In this document: positions 36,650 through 50,038 of the stretch, piece after piece
Position numbering within the stretch: the stretch's first letter is position 1
Layout: the number at the start of each line of letters is the position of its first letter
Assembly (NCBI GenBank): GCA_965644265.1
Contig: OZ286461.1
Coordinates: 106,888,001 to 106,952,000 of the forward strand
Reading direction: 5' to 3'
Source of the DNA: Glycera tridactyla
Taxonomy: Eukaryota
DNA: 64,000 nucleotides
Notes under the pieces: model-generated
Told to the model about the DNA's origin: nothing
The model's database searches: none
What the model saw: only the letters and a program-made list of their open reading frames with translations
Translations under genes and position numbers: made by a program

Positions 36650-38880
36650 AGTTTGAAATGGACTCAAATTACTCAAAGGAAATCAGACGGTCCAGGTTGG
36701 TTACCAAGAATTTCAAGTCTGACTAAGTTGAAGAACTGAAGGTCATACTCCATGTGCATTCTCTACGTAGTGGAAATGTACTGAGTGCTGGCAAAGGCAC
36801 GGGTATCAAGGGAGTAGGGGATGGATGATATAGCATGAAGGCTTAGATAGAAATGTTATGAAGATCATGAGTTATCAATGCTGTTCTGTGAGAAGGCTGC
36901 ATGGTAGCTCCATGGTCATAGTACACAAAACTGATTGTGATCTCATAGACGGACATTATCAGGGGCTGTTTTTTAGTATATTCAACTGAGAGACAAGGGC
37001 CCATTTTTGGTTGTCTCCACTAGTTCAAATTTAGATTGAGTCCTTCTTTGAAAATCTAACTATCGATGATACAACTAGATTATCTGGGGAAAGGGAGCAA
37101 TTGCCTCTATTCACTGGATTAAGTTGCATAAGATCAGTCATTGATGTCATGCACCCTATTCAGCAAGCAGACAGACCTACTATTTGTATGGCCCTTGCAT
37201 CCACTGGTACGTATTCTGAATCACGAAACAAGATCACTGTGTTGGCGTTGGTTGGTGGTGTTTTTCCCTGATCTTGTATGGCCATGATTTTGAGGTCGAT
37301 ACAAGAAAAAGTACAAATAAGTGGCAGCTGAAACAAGGTGGACAACTCTGCTCAATGTCCTGCAGAGTGTGATCAAAAAAGTAACCATGATGTGTTTTTA
37401 TCAAAGGTGAGCCAAATAGAATCAGGGGTGTCAGGTACAAACAAGATGATACAAATTGTACAAGCAAACATAAATGGTATGACACGCTCGTGATCCAAAC
37501 TTCATGCACACACATGCAACCCATACACTCTGTCCAAGCCATCATTACATCTAGTCAAACCTGTACACAATCACTCTCACAGTCCAACTTGCATACACAC
37601 AAAGTGGCGAGTCAGATGCAGACACTCCGGTTCCCAATTGAGAAGCACCAATTGAGAAGCACTATCGACAACAGTGAGCATGGCTCCTCCTCGGATGGGC
37701 TACCTACATGGACGAGGTGAAAGGGTACTTGGTATAAAAGCTGTGACGGTGATTGTAGAGTGCATAGCCCATGCGGTTAACTCAAGCCCTGTCTGCAGTT
37801 GTATACTCCCCAGAGAGATGTGAAAGGCTCAAGCTGGAACAAGCTTGCCAAGGAATGTATTCATAAAGTCGGGTGTACTTTCTAAGGATGACAGAAAATA
37901 AACCGCTACACAACCCATACATTCAGTCCAAGCCATCCTTGACACCACAGAGCAGCATCACTCACAGATGAACTGATTCAAAGAATCATATATTTATTTG
38001 TCCGAAATGGCTGACAGGTTGCAGATTGGTTGTCAGGTTCATCCTGCTGACCGAGTTGTTTGTCAAGCTACAAGTCCCTAGAGCAATCACCATAATAGCA
38101 ACATGAATATTCACAACCGAGGTTGGTTCTGAGATGAAGGATAGGTTCAAAAGGACTGATGGATCAACATGGCAGACTGGCTCTGAATGGCCGATTGGTT
38201 TCAAGCACTTTTAGGATACCAGAATTTGTCAGAAATGCAAGAAAATGATACAAGAGCATAAAAAATCAACCCTCGGTGTGTGAGAATCATATCATGTGAT
38301 TAAAGGAAGTTGGCGTTTTGGTGCTATGACAGTGTGAAGCAGATACAAGTGCAAATTAATAAATTCGAGCAAGTGGTCGGTGTATACCAATTCTGCCACC
38401 AGAGTGCTTCATTGGTCGATCGTTTGCTTCACCAAAAGTCAAAACGAAATCTNNNNNNNNNNNNNNNNNNNNNNNNNNNNNNNNNNNNNNNNNNNNNNNN
38501 NNNNNNNNNNNNNNNNNNNNNNNNNNNNNNNNNNNNNNNNNNNNNNNNNNNNNNNNNNNNNNNNNNNNNNNNNNNNNNNNNNNNNNNNNNNNNNNNNNNN
38601 NNNNNNNNNNNNNNNNNNNNNNNNNNNNNNNNNNNNNNGTTCTGAGAGATATCTGGCTCACTCAAAATCATGTTGAAATACAGTTGGGTCCTGAACAGTG
38701 AAACTAGGAACTAGGTTCGGAGAGGGGAGAAAAATGGGAACACACACTGGCACGGCATTCATCGAACGCACGACCATCTAATGTTGTCTATTTCACTCTG
38801 GGAATATTATACAGCCAATGTTCACACAACGAGTCATCGAGAGCGTTCAGTTCACTTTCTCAGAAGCATCCTGACATGAC
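36650..38880 (-). pseudogene. Decayed LRR gene relic
   Basis: Broken-frame peptides ELNALDDSLCEHWLYNIPRVK*TTLDGRAFDEC (same spacing as copy 1 IIELPGCDRNLVYLDLSWNVINLIKPGAFSNC), LPC*SISPFEPIL, LDTRAFAS and FFNLVRLEILGN. Confidence 0.5.
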
Positions 38881-39539
38881 ATGTGAGTTCTCATCCCCTG
38901 CCAAGCATCATTATTGAGAATTCCGCAGCTTCATTCGTCTCAATGCAGTACGCGGCTATTACGAAAGCACCAACCACATAATTGGCGACAAATGGTTTTT
39001 AATACAAGTAAGGACTCAATTTCACGGGGATTGAGGAGTCGATTCATACACACCTGTACCTCTGTCTCACCGAAGGTGTGCAAAAAGACAAAATTTACTT
39101 AGTTTTGGAGTCTGTGTCAAATAGGCATACACGCTCGGATGAATATGTATCCGGGAGGTAGGCCGTGGATATAGCTCCCTGGAAATGCACTCATTCTCTC
39201 TCAAAAGACTTCAGTTTCAAAGAGGCAGATGGGAAAATGTCACACTCATGAATCTCCGGTGAAATCTTTCAGTAATATTATTCTTGTTGACTGATAGACA
39301 CATGGAGAATTCCAAGAGGCACACATGGACTATCACAGCGCATCAATACAGCACTACACAGGATCACACTGCCATAAAGAATATTTCAATGAAAATCATA
39401 TCGGGTAGTCAGTTGAAATTCTGAAATGCTGATGAAATGCCCTACTTCACTACACCTACATTTCTAACACTTACCTAACCGATGGGAACACTACCACTGC
39501 ACTCACCTGAGTGAGACACTCAGTATAGAAGATGAATTA

Positions 39540-40680
39540 TGGTGGCGATGGTCATTCTCAGGAAACTCAGGTAGCGACTTTCAAAGTCACAGAAGGGAGA
39601 GCCTGCACAACCAAAGCCAGCCGAGGCGGGATCCCAACAGTGCGGTCGTCCGGGGCTGTGAGGGAGTGTGGCAGTCACACCACTGATCCCTCATATAGCT
39701 ACAACCAGGTGTCTAGACCAAGTCCTAAGATGACATCATTGTTTGACGAAAAAAGGCCATAAGATTGGTCTCTGGAAAGAGTCAGCTTGGTGTTATATGT
39801 AATATACACAGGTGTCTCCAGGAAGGAAGAAAACAAGCAACACAGGCAACGATTGATGACTGGCTGCTCGAGGTCGTTTTTGTTGAAGAATATCAATATT
39901 GGCAGAATCATGTGAGAAAGGGCTTGAGGTACTTTCCTGTATTGTAATGGCAATAGATGGGGCTGTACCATTCATCAGGAGTTTGTCATATACCATGTCA
40001 CAGTAGTCGAATACGAGGACGACACATGTCTTGAAGAGAAAGGAGGCTGTATCCTGAGAAATGATCAAAATGTACTCTGTCTGCGGGAATGACTTCTGCT
40101 CCGGGTAAATAAGAATCACCTAATTACTTGAAACTATTAACTGTTTTGTCCGTGGTTTGGTCCCCATATTCAACTACTGCATCAATGTTCGACAAGGTAT
40201 TGCGTGTGCTAAATTACATCCTCTCCGTTTTATCAACATTCGACATGAGGCAATTGTTTTTCAAGCAGATAGTAACAAGGGCTAAGTTCTGATTGAGGAT
40301 GGCCATCACATCAGTGGGATCTCATACTATGACTCACAGTGTTGAATACTTTCTGGAGGTCCGGGAAGTGGACTCCGGTGAGACAGCCCCCTTCCATATC
40401 TTTCTGAATCTTTATCACTAGTCATATCATATGATAAAAGTTGATTTTTAGATATTCGTTCAAATACCTTGATGGGGGGCACAATACGTGGATAGGCAAC
40501 AATTTGGGAGATCTTCCTGCAACCATCATTGGATAGAAGGGTGATCATGGCATTTTTCCATGATTATGGAAGTCATGCATAAACTAGGGGTACCTAGCTG
40601 GGCTGTCAATGAAGATATGGGGTGGACTGACCATTTGATAATAGTAGGCGGTAGCCCATCGTCACCACTACCCTCAGTTT
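39540..40680 (-). mobile_element. Decayed CR1/L2-type LINE remnant (RT C-terminal half)
   Basis: NLALVTICLKNNCLMSNVDKT, FK*LG and ASFLFKTCVVLVFDYCDMVY, in broken frames. Confidence 0.7.
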
Positions 40681-42232
40681 GATGTTTTCATTTGTTCTGT
40701 TGGTCGATTATCATGTCTGGAGCTGAGCCAAGACTGACAGCACACTCCAAAACATTTCACCATTTCCATTACACTGCCGGATTTTATCTTTTATCTTCGG
40801 AGATTTCAAAAAACTACCAGAACTTCCTCTTCGAATTGTGTATGATGAAGTTTCATAGTAACTTTGAAACATCGTGCGATAAATAATGTCATACTAATCA
40901 TTTTCTGTTAATCAATCCCACTATTCTCATGAACACCGGAAAAAAGATCGATGAACTAATTGCTGCATTATTGAAATAAAGTGTGTTAGAATTGGCCAAG
41001 AGCGCTCGTTGACTAGGGCCCCTCTCCTGCTGATAAAGGATACTGATAATCCCCAATTGAAATGCTCAGGTGTCATGATGTTCTAGAAATTCGTATGTCA
41101 TAGCAAGCAGGAGAGCATAACTTTGCAAAATATTTGGATATCATAGTAAAATGGGCTTTAAACATTCTGAAGCTTGCCCCGTCCCCTCTTATATACAGCT
41201 ATTCCCTGGATACTGTTCGCTGGAGTCTCATTACACAGGTCAGTTGATCACGCCATCACAATTGTGGAGTATCTCAAGGACACTACTTGGGAATGGATGA
41301 AATTGTTGATTGATTCAATTCTTCAATCCTTTCCGTCTGACTGCCTGTCTGTCGGTCTGTTTGTCCCAAGTACCTTTCCCTCTCTTCACTCATCAATCAC
41401 ATTTTATCACTTTCCTCCCGTCAATGTCTCCCCCTATTCTCTATATTCCTTATCTCATTCTTCTACCCCCCCCCCCCCACCCCACCCAACCCATCACACT
41501 TGTCTCGCTTTCTACATCTTTGCCCGCAACTGGCACTTATGAGCCGCTATTATCGAAATTTACTGAAGAAAAGTCCCGAGATACTCCATGAAGAATGAAA
41601 TTGACTGTGCAAACTGGTTAAGTATACAGACTGTAATAAGTACTCGAGCCCCAACTATATTCATCAGTCCGTGTTCATTATTTTCTGGATTCAGTATACC
41701 CAGTATACATGGTCTTGTCTTTATGTAAGTGCGCATTTGGCCCCTTCCCAATGCAGTAAATTTCAAGTATACCCCAAGTATACAACACGTAAGTATTGAA
41801 ATATTTGGGACTCAATTTCGATCTACAGCATAAGTGGATTGCACATTTTATGCCGTGATGGCATTGATTTTCATCTGTTTCGCGAATCTCACTTTGATAT
41901 TTGTTGAATGTTAGAGCATCATTCGTCTGTTATTTCTCAGTTCTTGAAGTCAAATCAATCCCAGTACGGGAGTGGGCTGCACATTTTCTCACAGAGTGCA
42001 TATGAACCTTTCGGAACTACTTATTCGCCATCGTTTCCAGACTGATCCATGGGTACAAGCAATAGTACTAGCTATCAAGTTGTAAGCCAAGACTATCTAA
42101 GCGCATTTCTCGAAACCATGGCAACTGTGAATCTCACAAGAATTGGCATAGAAGCTGGGACACCAGATATGGATCTCCAGGTGGAAAGTAAAGGAGACGT
42201 TTTATTCATTCCAAAAATCACACACCACTTAC

Positions 42233-43712
42233 CTTTTGGACAGTCGAGTATTTGAATGGAAACCTGCGAGATACTTCGACCAGAAAGCATTGCAGGGGTG
42301 GTGCAGATGGCTTGTTTCTCTTTTATCAGAGATACTGCTTCATTTTTAGTCCAGCACAATTGTTCATCACAGTGAAGAGGGTTTCCAGCAAGATTCAGTT
42401 CAATACCTGCACCAAGTTGGGGCAAAGTCAGTTCAGAGACTGTTGCTAGGTCATTGTTTTTGAGATTGAGGTGTATCATAGAGGGTGAGTTGTGTCCGAA
42501 ATCAACAGAGGTGAGGAAATTGTTTGATAGATCCAAGAAACTGAGCGAATTCAAGGGGCCATTCAAGATAAACTCAGTGAGTAAATTGCTCGACAGGTCT
42601 AGACGCATGACATCAGGAAAGGCATTTGACAGGGAGACACCAATGGTAGAGATTACATTATTACTGATTCTGAGAACTTCAAGGTTTGGAGCGTGGATAT
42701 TTGGAAATTGGCTGATCCGATTATAAATTAAGGAAAGCCGTATCAGGAATGGAAAATAGAGTGCTTTATTCAAGTTTGTATCAGGGAGCACAGGGTTGCT
42801 ACAGTCCTGTGAGTAATCTGGGAAGTGACTCAACTGGTTACTACTCAACTCAATCCTTCTCGCATTCTGCAAGCGTTGCAAGTCCCCAATTCCCACACAG
42901 GAAATATTAATTGCATTAGCCAAAAACATCACCGAAGTATCTATCACTGCTAATTTGGGGAAATTTGAGATACTATTATAGGATATATGGAGGTAAGTCA
43001 GTTCGATAGCCTGGGTCAGAAGATTAAAGAAACCTGTTGGACCACACTGGCATTGTGCCAGCTTCACATATTTGATGGTTTTTGGAAATGCATAGGTCAG
43101 GTTAGGGTCAAATTTCAAGAGGGGAGACTTAAATAAGTCGAAATGAAGCAGTTGATCCAATCCAATGAGACAGTAGTCTGGGATCAGATCTTCACTAAAA
43201 TTACTATTTTGACCAATGTATTCTTCCAGCTTTGGTGCGTATGGGCCCAAGCATGGAAATGCATCAAATGTAGTGTTTGAAAAATCTACTTTGGTCAATG
43301 ACTTCAAGCCTCTGAAAGTGGCTGGCTCGAGGTCTATCCTAGCCCCTCTGTTATACTTGATTATCAAGGTCTTTATTGAAGGCAACTCATGGAAGGTGTC
43401 ATTTTCTAGAGCACTTAAGTGATTCTGAGACAGATCCAGCATTACAAGATTGGTGCAGTTGGCGAAAACTCCAGATGTAATGAAAGTAATATTATTTTCA
43501 GTCATAATCAGCTTGGCGAGACTAGAGGCATAGTCACCGATGACGAGGTCAGACAGCAAGTTCTGTGATAGGTCCAGATGCGAGGTATTATTTGGTATGT
43601 CCAGGGGAAAATTGGTCAGGTTCAAACCAATTCTGATGAATTCTGTGCTCTTCCCGAAGGCTTGCAACATCACCACTATGCACACCAATATGATCAAAAC
43701 AGATGACAACAT
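42233..43712 (-). CDS. LRR ectodomain exon 2: signal peptide, LRRs and LRRCT (493 codons plus 1 nt)
   Basis: Acceptor TTTTCAG| at 43740, ATG at 43712, hydrophobic leader MLSSVLIILVCIVVMLQA. LRRCT GNPLHCDEQLCW..CTTPAMLSG..DCP. Donor AAG|GTAAGT at 42233/42232. Confidence 0.92.
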
Positions 43713-44399
43713 ATTCGCAGTAGAAATAGACAGCCAGCACCTGAAAATTAGGATGCACCAGGAATGAATGATATGGATTCTCTTCTCAAATGTCTATCTG
43801 CGCCTATACCCCTGCCCATCCATTCATCCGTTCATCCATTCCTCCATCCAGTCATTTAGCTGTCCACCCCTCTGTCCAATTGTATGATTATGTATGTATT
43901 TCATGTGTGTTTAGGAGGTTCCTTCGGGGACCCGAGCCCTAACAACGAGCCGAACCAGCGATACATTTATGTGTGTGCACGTGTGTATGTATGTATGTAT
44001 GTGAATACGAGGGAAGGGGCTAGTCTCTATATTGAAAAAACCCTTGATGAAGTACCAATCGGATTGAAGTACTAATTGGATTTCCTTGCTCTGTATGTCA
44101 TATGTTGGGTCAGTCCAGTATTAAGGAATTTCTTTTTCTCACAATTGTTAATTGGAATAACAATATCATTATCAGTTTTGATATATAATTTCGCCTCAAG
44201 GAGCTTACGAGCTTAAAGAAACCTGCAATTACTGACATAACAAAATGCTCTAAAACTCGAATTCTTGTATCTGTGTCCTAACCTCGAACAAAGATCTATC
44301 CCCAATATGGCTCAGATTCGGAAGAGTATAGTCTTCAGATTTCCTTGTAAAGCGTTCATGGGTGATAGGGAATCCATGCGAATGAAGAACTCATGTTTT

Positions 44400-45150
44400 C
44401 CTCATCTACATAAGTGTTTGAAAGCTAGCAGTAGGATCCGCCTTTCTGTGAATAATATTGGATAATGCAGTGATAGGTCAGAGATTCAATGTAGATAGCT
44501 TCAGATTCCTTCTTCTCACATTCAGATTTATTGGTAAAGATGGCTTCATGATCACTATGTCACCGTCACAATCTGAACAGGGTCTGCCTGTGATTGTGTT
44601 GAAGTCACAACTTTGACCTCCATTGCATGTTGAATGCTTGAATGCTTTTGACACTAAGTTGCTGCTCAGAAACTTACTGTCTCCCATTAAAGGGCTCAGG
44701 TACTTCGTGGGGACTTGTTGATCTATAAAATTGCATGCACACCATTGGGATTTTAGTATTCACGTCAATATCACTATTCACTTTCATGCTAAATATGGTG
44801 ATTGGCAGAATGCTCATCTGTACACCCCATTTTCTTGTCGAAGTCTTCTGAGAAGGTAGACACAAGTCGAACACAGCAAACTCTGATCCCACAAAATGAT
44901 ATGAATTGATGGTTAACATCAGGGTTCAGTCTGGATTGGAGAATTGTGAACCGAAATATTAATATCTTCCATCAAACAGACATTCAGATTGATAAATCAA
45001 TTGCCACGGTGTGATTCTATGACATTTGACGTGTCATTTGTGTTTTGGAGAATTATTGTGGTCATAGGTTCGAATCACTGCGGCATCTCAGAGAGAATCT
45101 GGAATGGTCTTGGTGGTATCATCCAAGTCTGCATTCCCAACAGAAGGCGA
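44400..45150 (-). pseudogene. Decayed LRR relic inside the leader intron of copy 2
   Basis: ILPITIFSMKVNSDIDV and *VSEQQLSVKSIQAFNMQWRSKL*LQHNHRQTL keep LRR periodicity. DNA similarity to about 55860-55910. Confidence 0.45.
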
Positions 45151-45161
45151 GATTTCATTGA

Positions 45162-45163
<2 letters not shown>

Positions 45164-45220
<57 letters not shown>
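45164..45220. repeat. (CA)n microsatellite
   Basis: Seen directly in the sequence. Confidence 0.98.
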
Positions 45221-45224
<4 letters not shown>

Positions 45225-45326
45225 GTCACCCCTGCCTGATAAGCATCGAGACTACCCCTTACAACCCACATTATTTGCAACAAGTAATACAGAAACAAGA
45301 TATTGATTTTGAAAATAGATACTCAC

Positions 45327-45600
45327 CGGAAATTCGTGAAGCCAGGTGTTCAATGTTTTCTTGGATTCGGCTGAGACGCTCTCTTCACAGTTGCATGGTC
45401 ACAGTGTGAAGCTATTGGTCACTCCTTGAACTATAAGGTGCTCATTTTTGCTACAGAGACTCGTATGGATTGGAATATCACCCTGGTCTGAATTTTTGGT
45501 CACTAAAGACAGTGATAGAAGATATGGAAATTGACCATTCGACCATGATGCATCAACACCTTCAACAGTTCATACAAAAGTGACTAACCGTCAAGTGAAG
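45327..45600 (-). other. Non-coding leader exon and promoter region of LRR copy 2
   Basis: Donor CCG|GTGAGT at 45327/45326. Paralogous to 57208-57500. Its 5' end is unknown. Confidence 0.6.
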
Positions 45601-46439
45601 ACCACGAAGATAGCACTTATTATTCATGAGTACAGGTTTCAACTAATGTAGCTACTTGATGCTTGGCTACTCACTGCAGGGCATAGAGAACTCCATATTG
45701 CATCTTCGTCGATACCGCTTCTGATTCATCAAATATGCATCCTGATGATAACACCAACATGGCTGCCGATATGGTAGAAAGTTAGACCATGTGAACTTGA
45801 CGCTAGCTGTCGACCAGCATCATATGAACCCGCTGAATTTTGCACATTTGGTTCTAGTTTAGTCTACACCGGTACCCCCTCACTACACACACACAAACAC
45901 ACACACACACACACCATGCTGTATTCTGTTTACAGTCCAGGGAAAGTACTATGTCACTGGTCTATCCGTGACATTTTTAAAGCACTGTATCTTATTTGGT
46001 TGTTTCGTTGTTAGTCCCACATTCCATAAGCAACAACTGAGCTATATCGAGACAGACATAAGATGATGTTATCTCATGTATGTTTCGAATGCAGGATGGT
46101 ATATAGCTGTAGCTAGTTACAAAGCAATCAGGTTGATTAATTGACTGGTTGATTGGATAACTTGAGCCTGATGTCTCTCCTATCTGGGAAGAATTATCTG
46201 AGACATCAGTCATGATGGAATATTACTCAATGGTGAGAATGGAGGGGATGACTCCTTGTACTATCAGAAAGAGTATGAGGTCAAATGTGAAGACAAACTT
46301 CTAATCCTTACACTTAAAGTAGAAATATCTATTTGCCTGCAACGCTGCATGGCGAGACTTGCCTATGTCATTCTTGAATGCAGGCCACAAAACGATCCAC
46401 ATGTAGGATGGTCATTCGATTGTTCATTTCACATTTTAC

Positions 46440-47780
46440 ATTAGACGCCTCTGCAAGACTACTCCTTCGCAGACATCTGGGATTTTGAATAGTCCAGTAC
46501 AAGATGTACCCCACCACTGATATTACTTATCACATTCATACAAATCATCATACACTATGAAGAGTTGAAAATCTTCATGCAATATAGAGGTAGAATTCCA
46601 GTGAATTGTATCAGGACTTAACTTCTGGGATGACATTGTGTAGTCGTAGGCCCTCAAAAGGGGGTAATTTAGTATGATTAAGCGTGGCTTGAATGTAACG
46701 ACTAGTGAATTTATATTGTCATACCATCACGTTAGCTTTGTTGATCAGTTGTCTCACGTCCGATCAGCTAATGGACGTGAGTGGGCTCATTGAAATGATC
46801 CTCGTTTTAGGTCCCCAATGGAAGATACAAATCGACGGAAATGGCAGTAGGCAGTGGCGGTAAGGTACTGTTGACAAAGTAGTTAATACTGATCAAGATG
46901 ATAGTGGCGCCAGAGGGGTGTCGCACGTTCATTATGCATAAGCGTATTTTATGCGGAGAAGGATGGGTAATGGTATTGAATCATCCGTGAAATGTATTGA
47001 GTGCCGAGATGACAGATAGCTGGTCTGCGCTGATGGCTTCTGTAATGGGTCGCTGTGAACTTCCAGTGGGATGTTTTCACACAACATGATTGTTTCCTCA
47101 AACCTGGTGCAACTGTGTGCTTTTCGTGTANNNNNNNNNNNNNNNNNNNNNNNNNNNNNNNNNNNNNNNNNNNNNNNNNNNNNNNNNNNNNNNNNNNNNN
47201 NNNNNNNNNNNNNNNNNNNNNNNNNNNNNNNNNNNNNNNNNNNNNNNNNNNNNNNNNNNNNNNNNNNNNNNNNNNNNNNNNNNNNNNNNNNNNNNNNNNN
47301 NNNNNNNNNNNNNNNNNNNNNNNNNNNNTTGTCAATTGTGTATTTGCGAGACAGATGGGAGACTAGTCGAGAGGTACTTTTGTAGAAGTANNNNNNNNNN
47401 NNNNNNNNNNNNNNNNNNNNNNNNNNNNNNNNNNNNNNNNNNNNNNNNNNNNNNNNNNNNNNNNNNNNNNNNNNNNNNNNNNNNNNNNNNNNNNNNNNNN
47501 NNNNNNNNNNNNNNNNNNNNNNNNNNNNNNNNNNNNNNNNNNNNNNNATACACAAAAAGCACACAGTTGCACCAGGTTTGAGGAAACCATCATGTTGTGT
47601 GAAAACATCCCACTGGAAGTTCACAGCGACACAGTTCGACTTGGATTATTTGGTTCGTATGTCGATTGACTGATTTGTGTACCGTGACAAGCATCTAGGC
47701 TTACTTGACTTCATCAAGATCCATAGGCTTCATAGGGCTTCATAAGTATCAATTGATGCTGCTGATTCAATATACTGATT
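46440..47780 (-). pseudogene. Paralogous block (partner at 61800-63065), possibly a very old LRR relic
   Basis: Clear DNA paralogy (for example CACATTCATACAAATCATCATACAC). Only weak LRR-family traces (NTFHG*, SSIGDLKR). Confidence 0.3.
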
Positions 47781-48256
47781 TCAAATGCAAAGACTTGTAT
47801 ACAATACATACGTGAAACGAGATATGTGTGAAGTGGACACCGCAATCGGTGTTGGTAACTGTTGCCCAAAATAACTCCAGCCCTTTTGTTAGGCCAACAC
47901 CAGCAATCTGTTATAACACCATCAGAGAGATAGGGGGAATATCTGATGAGGTTTATCAGTTAATCTAGTTAGGTGTATCTGACACACCAGTGAACATAGT
48001 CAGGCTACACCTGTATGATGTTACGGTGACACTGATGGGAGTGATGTTGGAGGGGGCTCCATTTTATTGCTTGGAATGTATATCATGTCTTGTCCTGTTG
48101 TCTGAGTTATCTCATTTGCAAGATGCACATACTCTCACACACATACACACATGCATGCACACACATACCTATACACCCCAACATGCATCCACATGCATCC
48201 ACATGCACGCCTACACACATAACTACACACACACAGACACAAACCAAAACTGAGTT

Positions 48257-48301
<45 letters not shown>

Positions 48302-49160
48302 CCTACACAAATACTCACACACATGCCCTCCCCCACACACATATCAACACACAATAGTCACCTATATTACAAGACTTTGCTAGTAGTGATTCTCAGGTTG
48401 CTGGCTTTCTTTGTCTGATTCCATGTTACCCCTATCACTGTACATCTATAGGTGGCAAGAGGGGAGGTAACCTATTTTTTACTCAGTCTAATTAGCTACC
48501 AGCATGTAATGCAGTGCATGCTACTAATTGAGTATCATTTGACCATGACAATCCTAACACCAGCAGTTGTGTTGGTAATCATAGTATACGAAAATGGAGG
48601 CCTGCTAGAGTGAAACAGGTGCTGTCCTAACACCAAGAAGGAGTAAAGTATTCTCGATACCAGAAAATCGTCTCCTTAACACCAGATTGCTTTAGAGTGT
48701 ATATATAACAAAGCCCGAGAAAAATGTACTATGCAGACTACGCAAGAAACGAGAAAAAGAAGGGACAATCAAGAAAACATGCACGAGACACATAATATAT
48801 ATAGTGAGTGGAGATGTGGTACACTCATGATATTGAATACTTGTTCCTATTCACATAAAGTGAGAGATGCAGAGATGAAGCTGCTGCTAAAGCTGCTGTT
48901 ACTGCCACTGAAGGTCTGTGATCGGTTTCAAGGTCGATCTTGAAAGATCATTTCTGATTGAAGAGAGTCAAACAGAGACAAATTGATTACTCCATGGTCT
49001 AATGAATATCCTGGTCTAATCAGATCTATAGAATTCTGGTCGGTTAAATTGTGCGGAACTCGCCTTTATGAGCATGAAGTTATTGAACTCGACATCAGCC
49101 TCATCTGCTAGATGCTCGAATGGTGAAATGGATCATGAAGCATGCCTATTTCCAATAGAT

Positions 49161-50038
49161 TAAAACAGCGAATTATTTAGGATGAGACTGAATCATCGGG
49201 TGAGACTTTTTCTGGATTCCAGCGAAATCTGAGAGACTACATCATGAATCAACACACCTTCTGCAAGGTTACCCATTCAAAAGTCTATCAGGGGTTTCCA
49301 AATTATTCACATCTGATTACTGCCATGGCACAAGCTTTGTTCATTCGAATTGGGTCTAGATTCTACAAATTGTAGGCAATATATAGTTGTACCATGGCAC
49401 AAGCTTAGTTTTGTCCCCATTTCAAAGATAATTAGTAGCATATTGTTCAAGATTCGTCTCTCAGAAGCATGTTTAGGGTCTTCAAACAATAAAGAGAATG
49501 TTTAAAACCATTAAATCAAGGAATAAAAGTCCGTTCAATGCTTGTCCTGGGTTTATGAGCAATTGAAGAAATAGTAACTAAGGTTGTGCCATGGCACAAG
49601 GTTAGTCTGCCATGCACTTTCCAGCTTTACAAGCTATTGACAGCATACAGGCTAATGTTGTGCCATGGAAGAAGAATTGTTTGCCAAAAACCCTTCTTGG
49701 GTGTACACATGATTGACAGAATGTTAACAAAGGTTGTACCTAATGAAAATATGTCCTTTCAATTGGTTGTTCAAGATTTACGAGCAAAAGAGAGTGGACC
49801 TGGTAACTAAGGTAGTGCCATGGCACAAGGTCAGTCCAAGGGAAATAATTCTTGATCGGAAATCCTTAAACTCCTAATGCATGACAAAAATACTTGAATC
49901 TGTAGAACGAACGAGAGAAAACAACCAGTCGTGTAGTTGAGAGATTATGAAATTGGCTAAATATTCATTGTCTCCGCTGATTTTCTGAAAAATTCTCACT
50001 GAATGATCGAGTCTCATCCTAAATAATTCACTATTTTA
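49161..50038. mobile_element. Foldback-like non-autonomous element with about 65-bp inverted arms and internal CCATGGCACAAG repeats
   Basis: Arms at 49161-49224 and 49975-50038 with a 20-nt perfect core. Four internal CCATGGCACAAG copies plus one variant (49321-49830). True ends not defined. Confidence 0.55.

Noticed and set aside
44478-44687. Cys-spaced peptide TCNGGQSCDFNTITGRPC resembling a rhamnose-binding lectin
   Set aside because: The overlapping frame shows LRR periodicity consistent with the locus, and the lectin match lacks most conserved residues.
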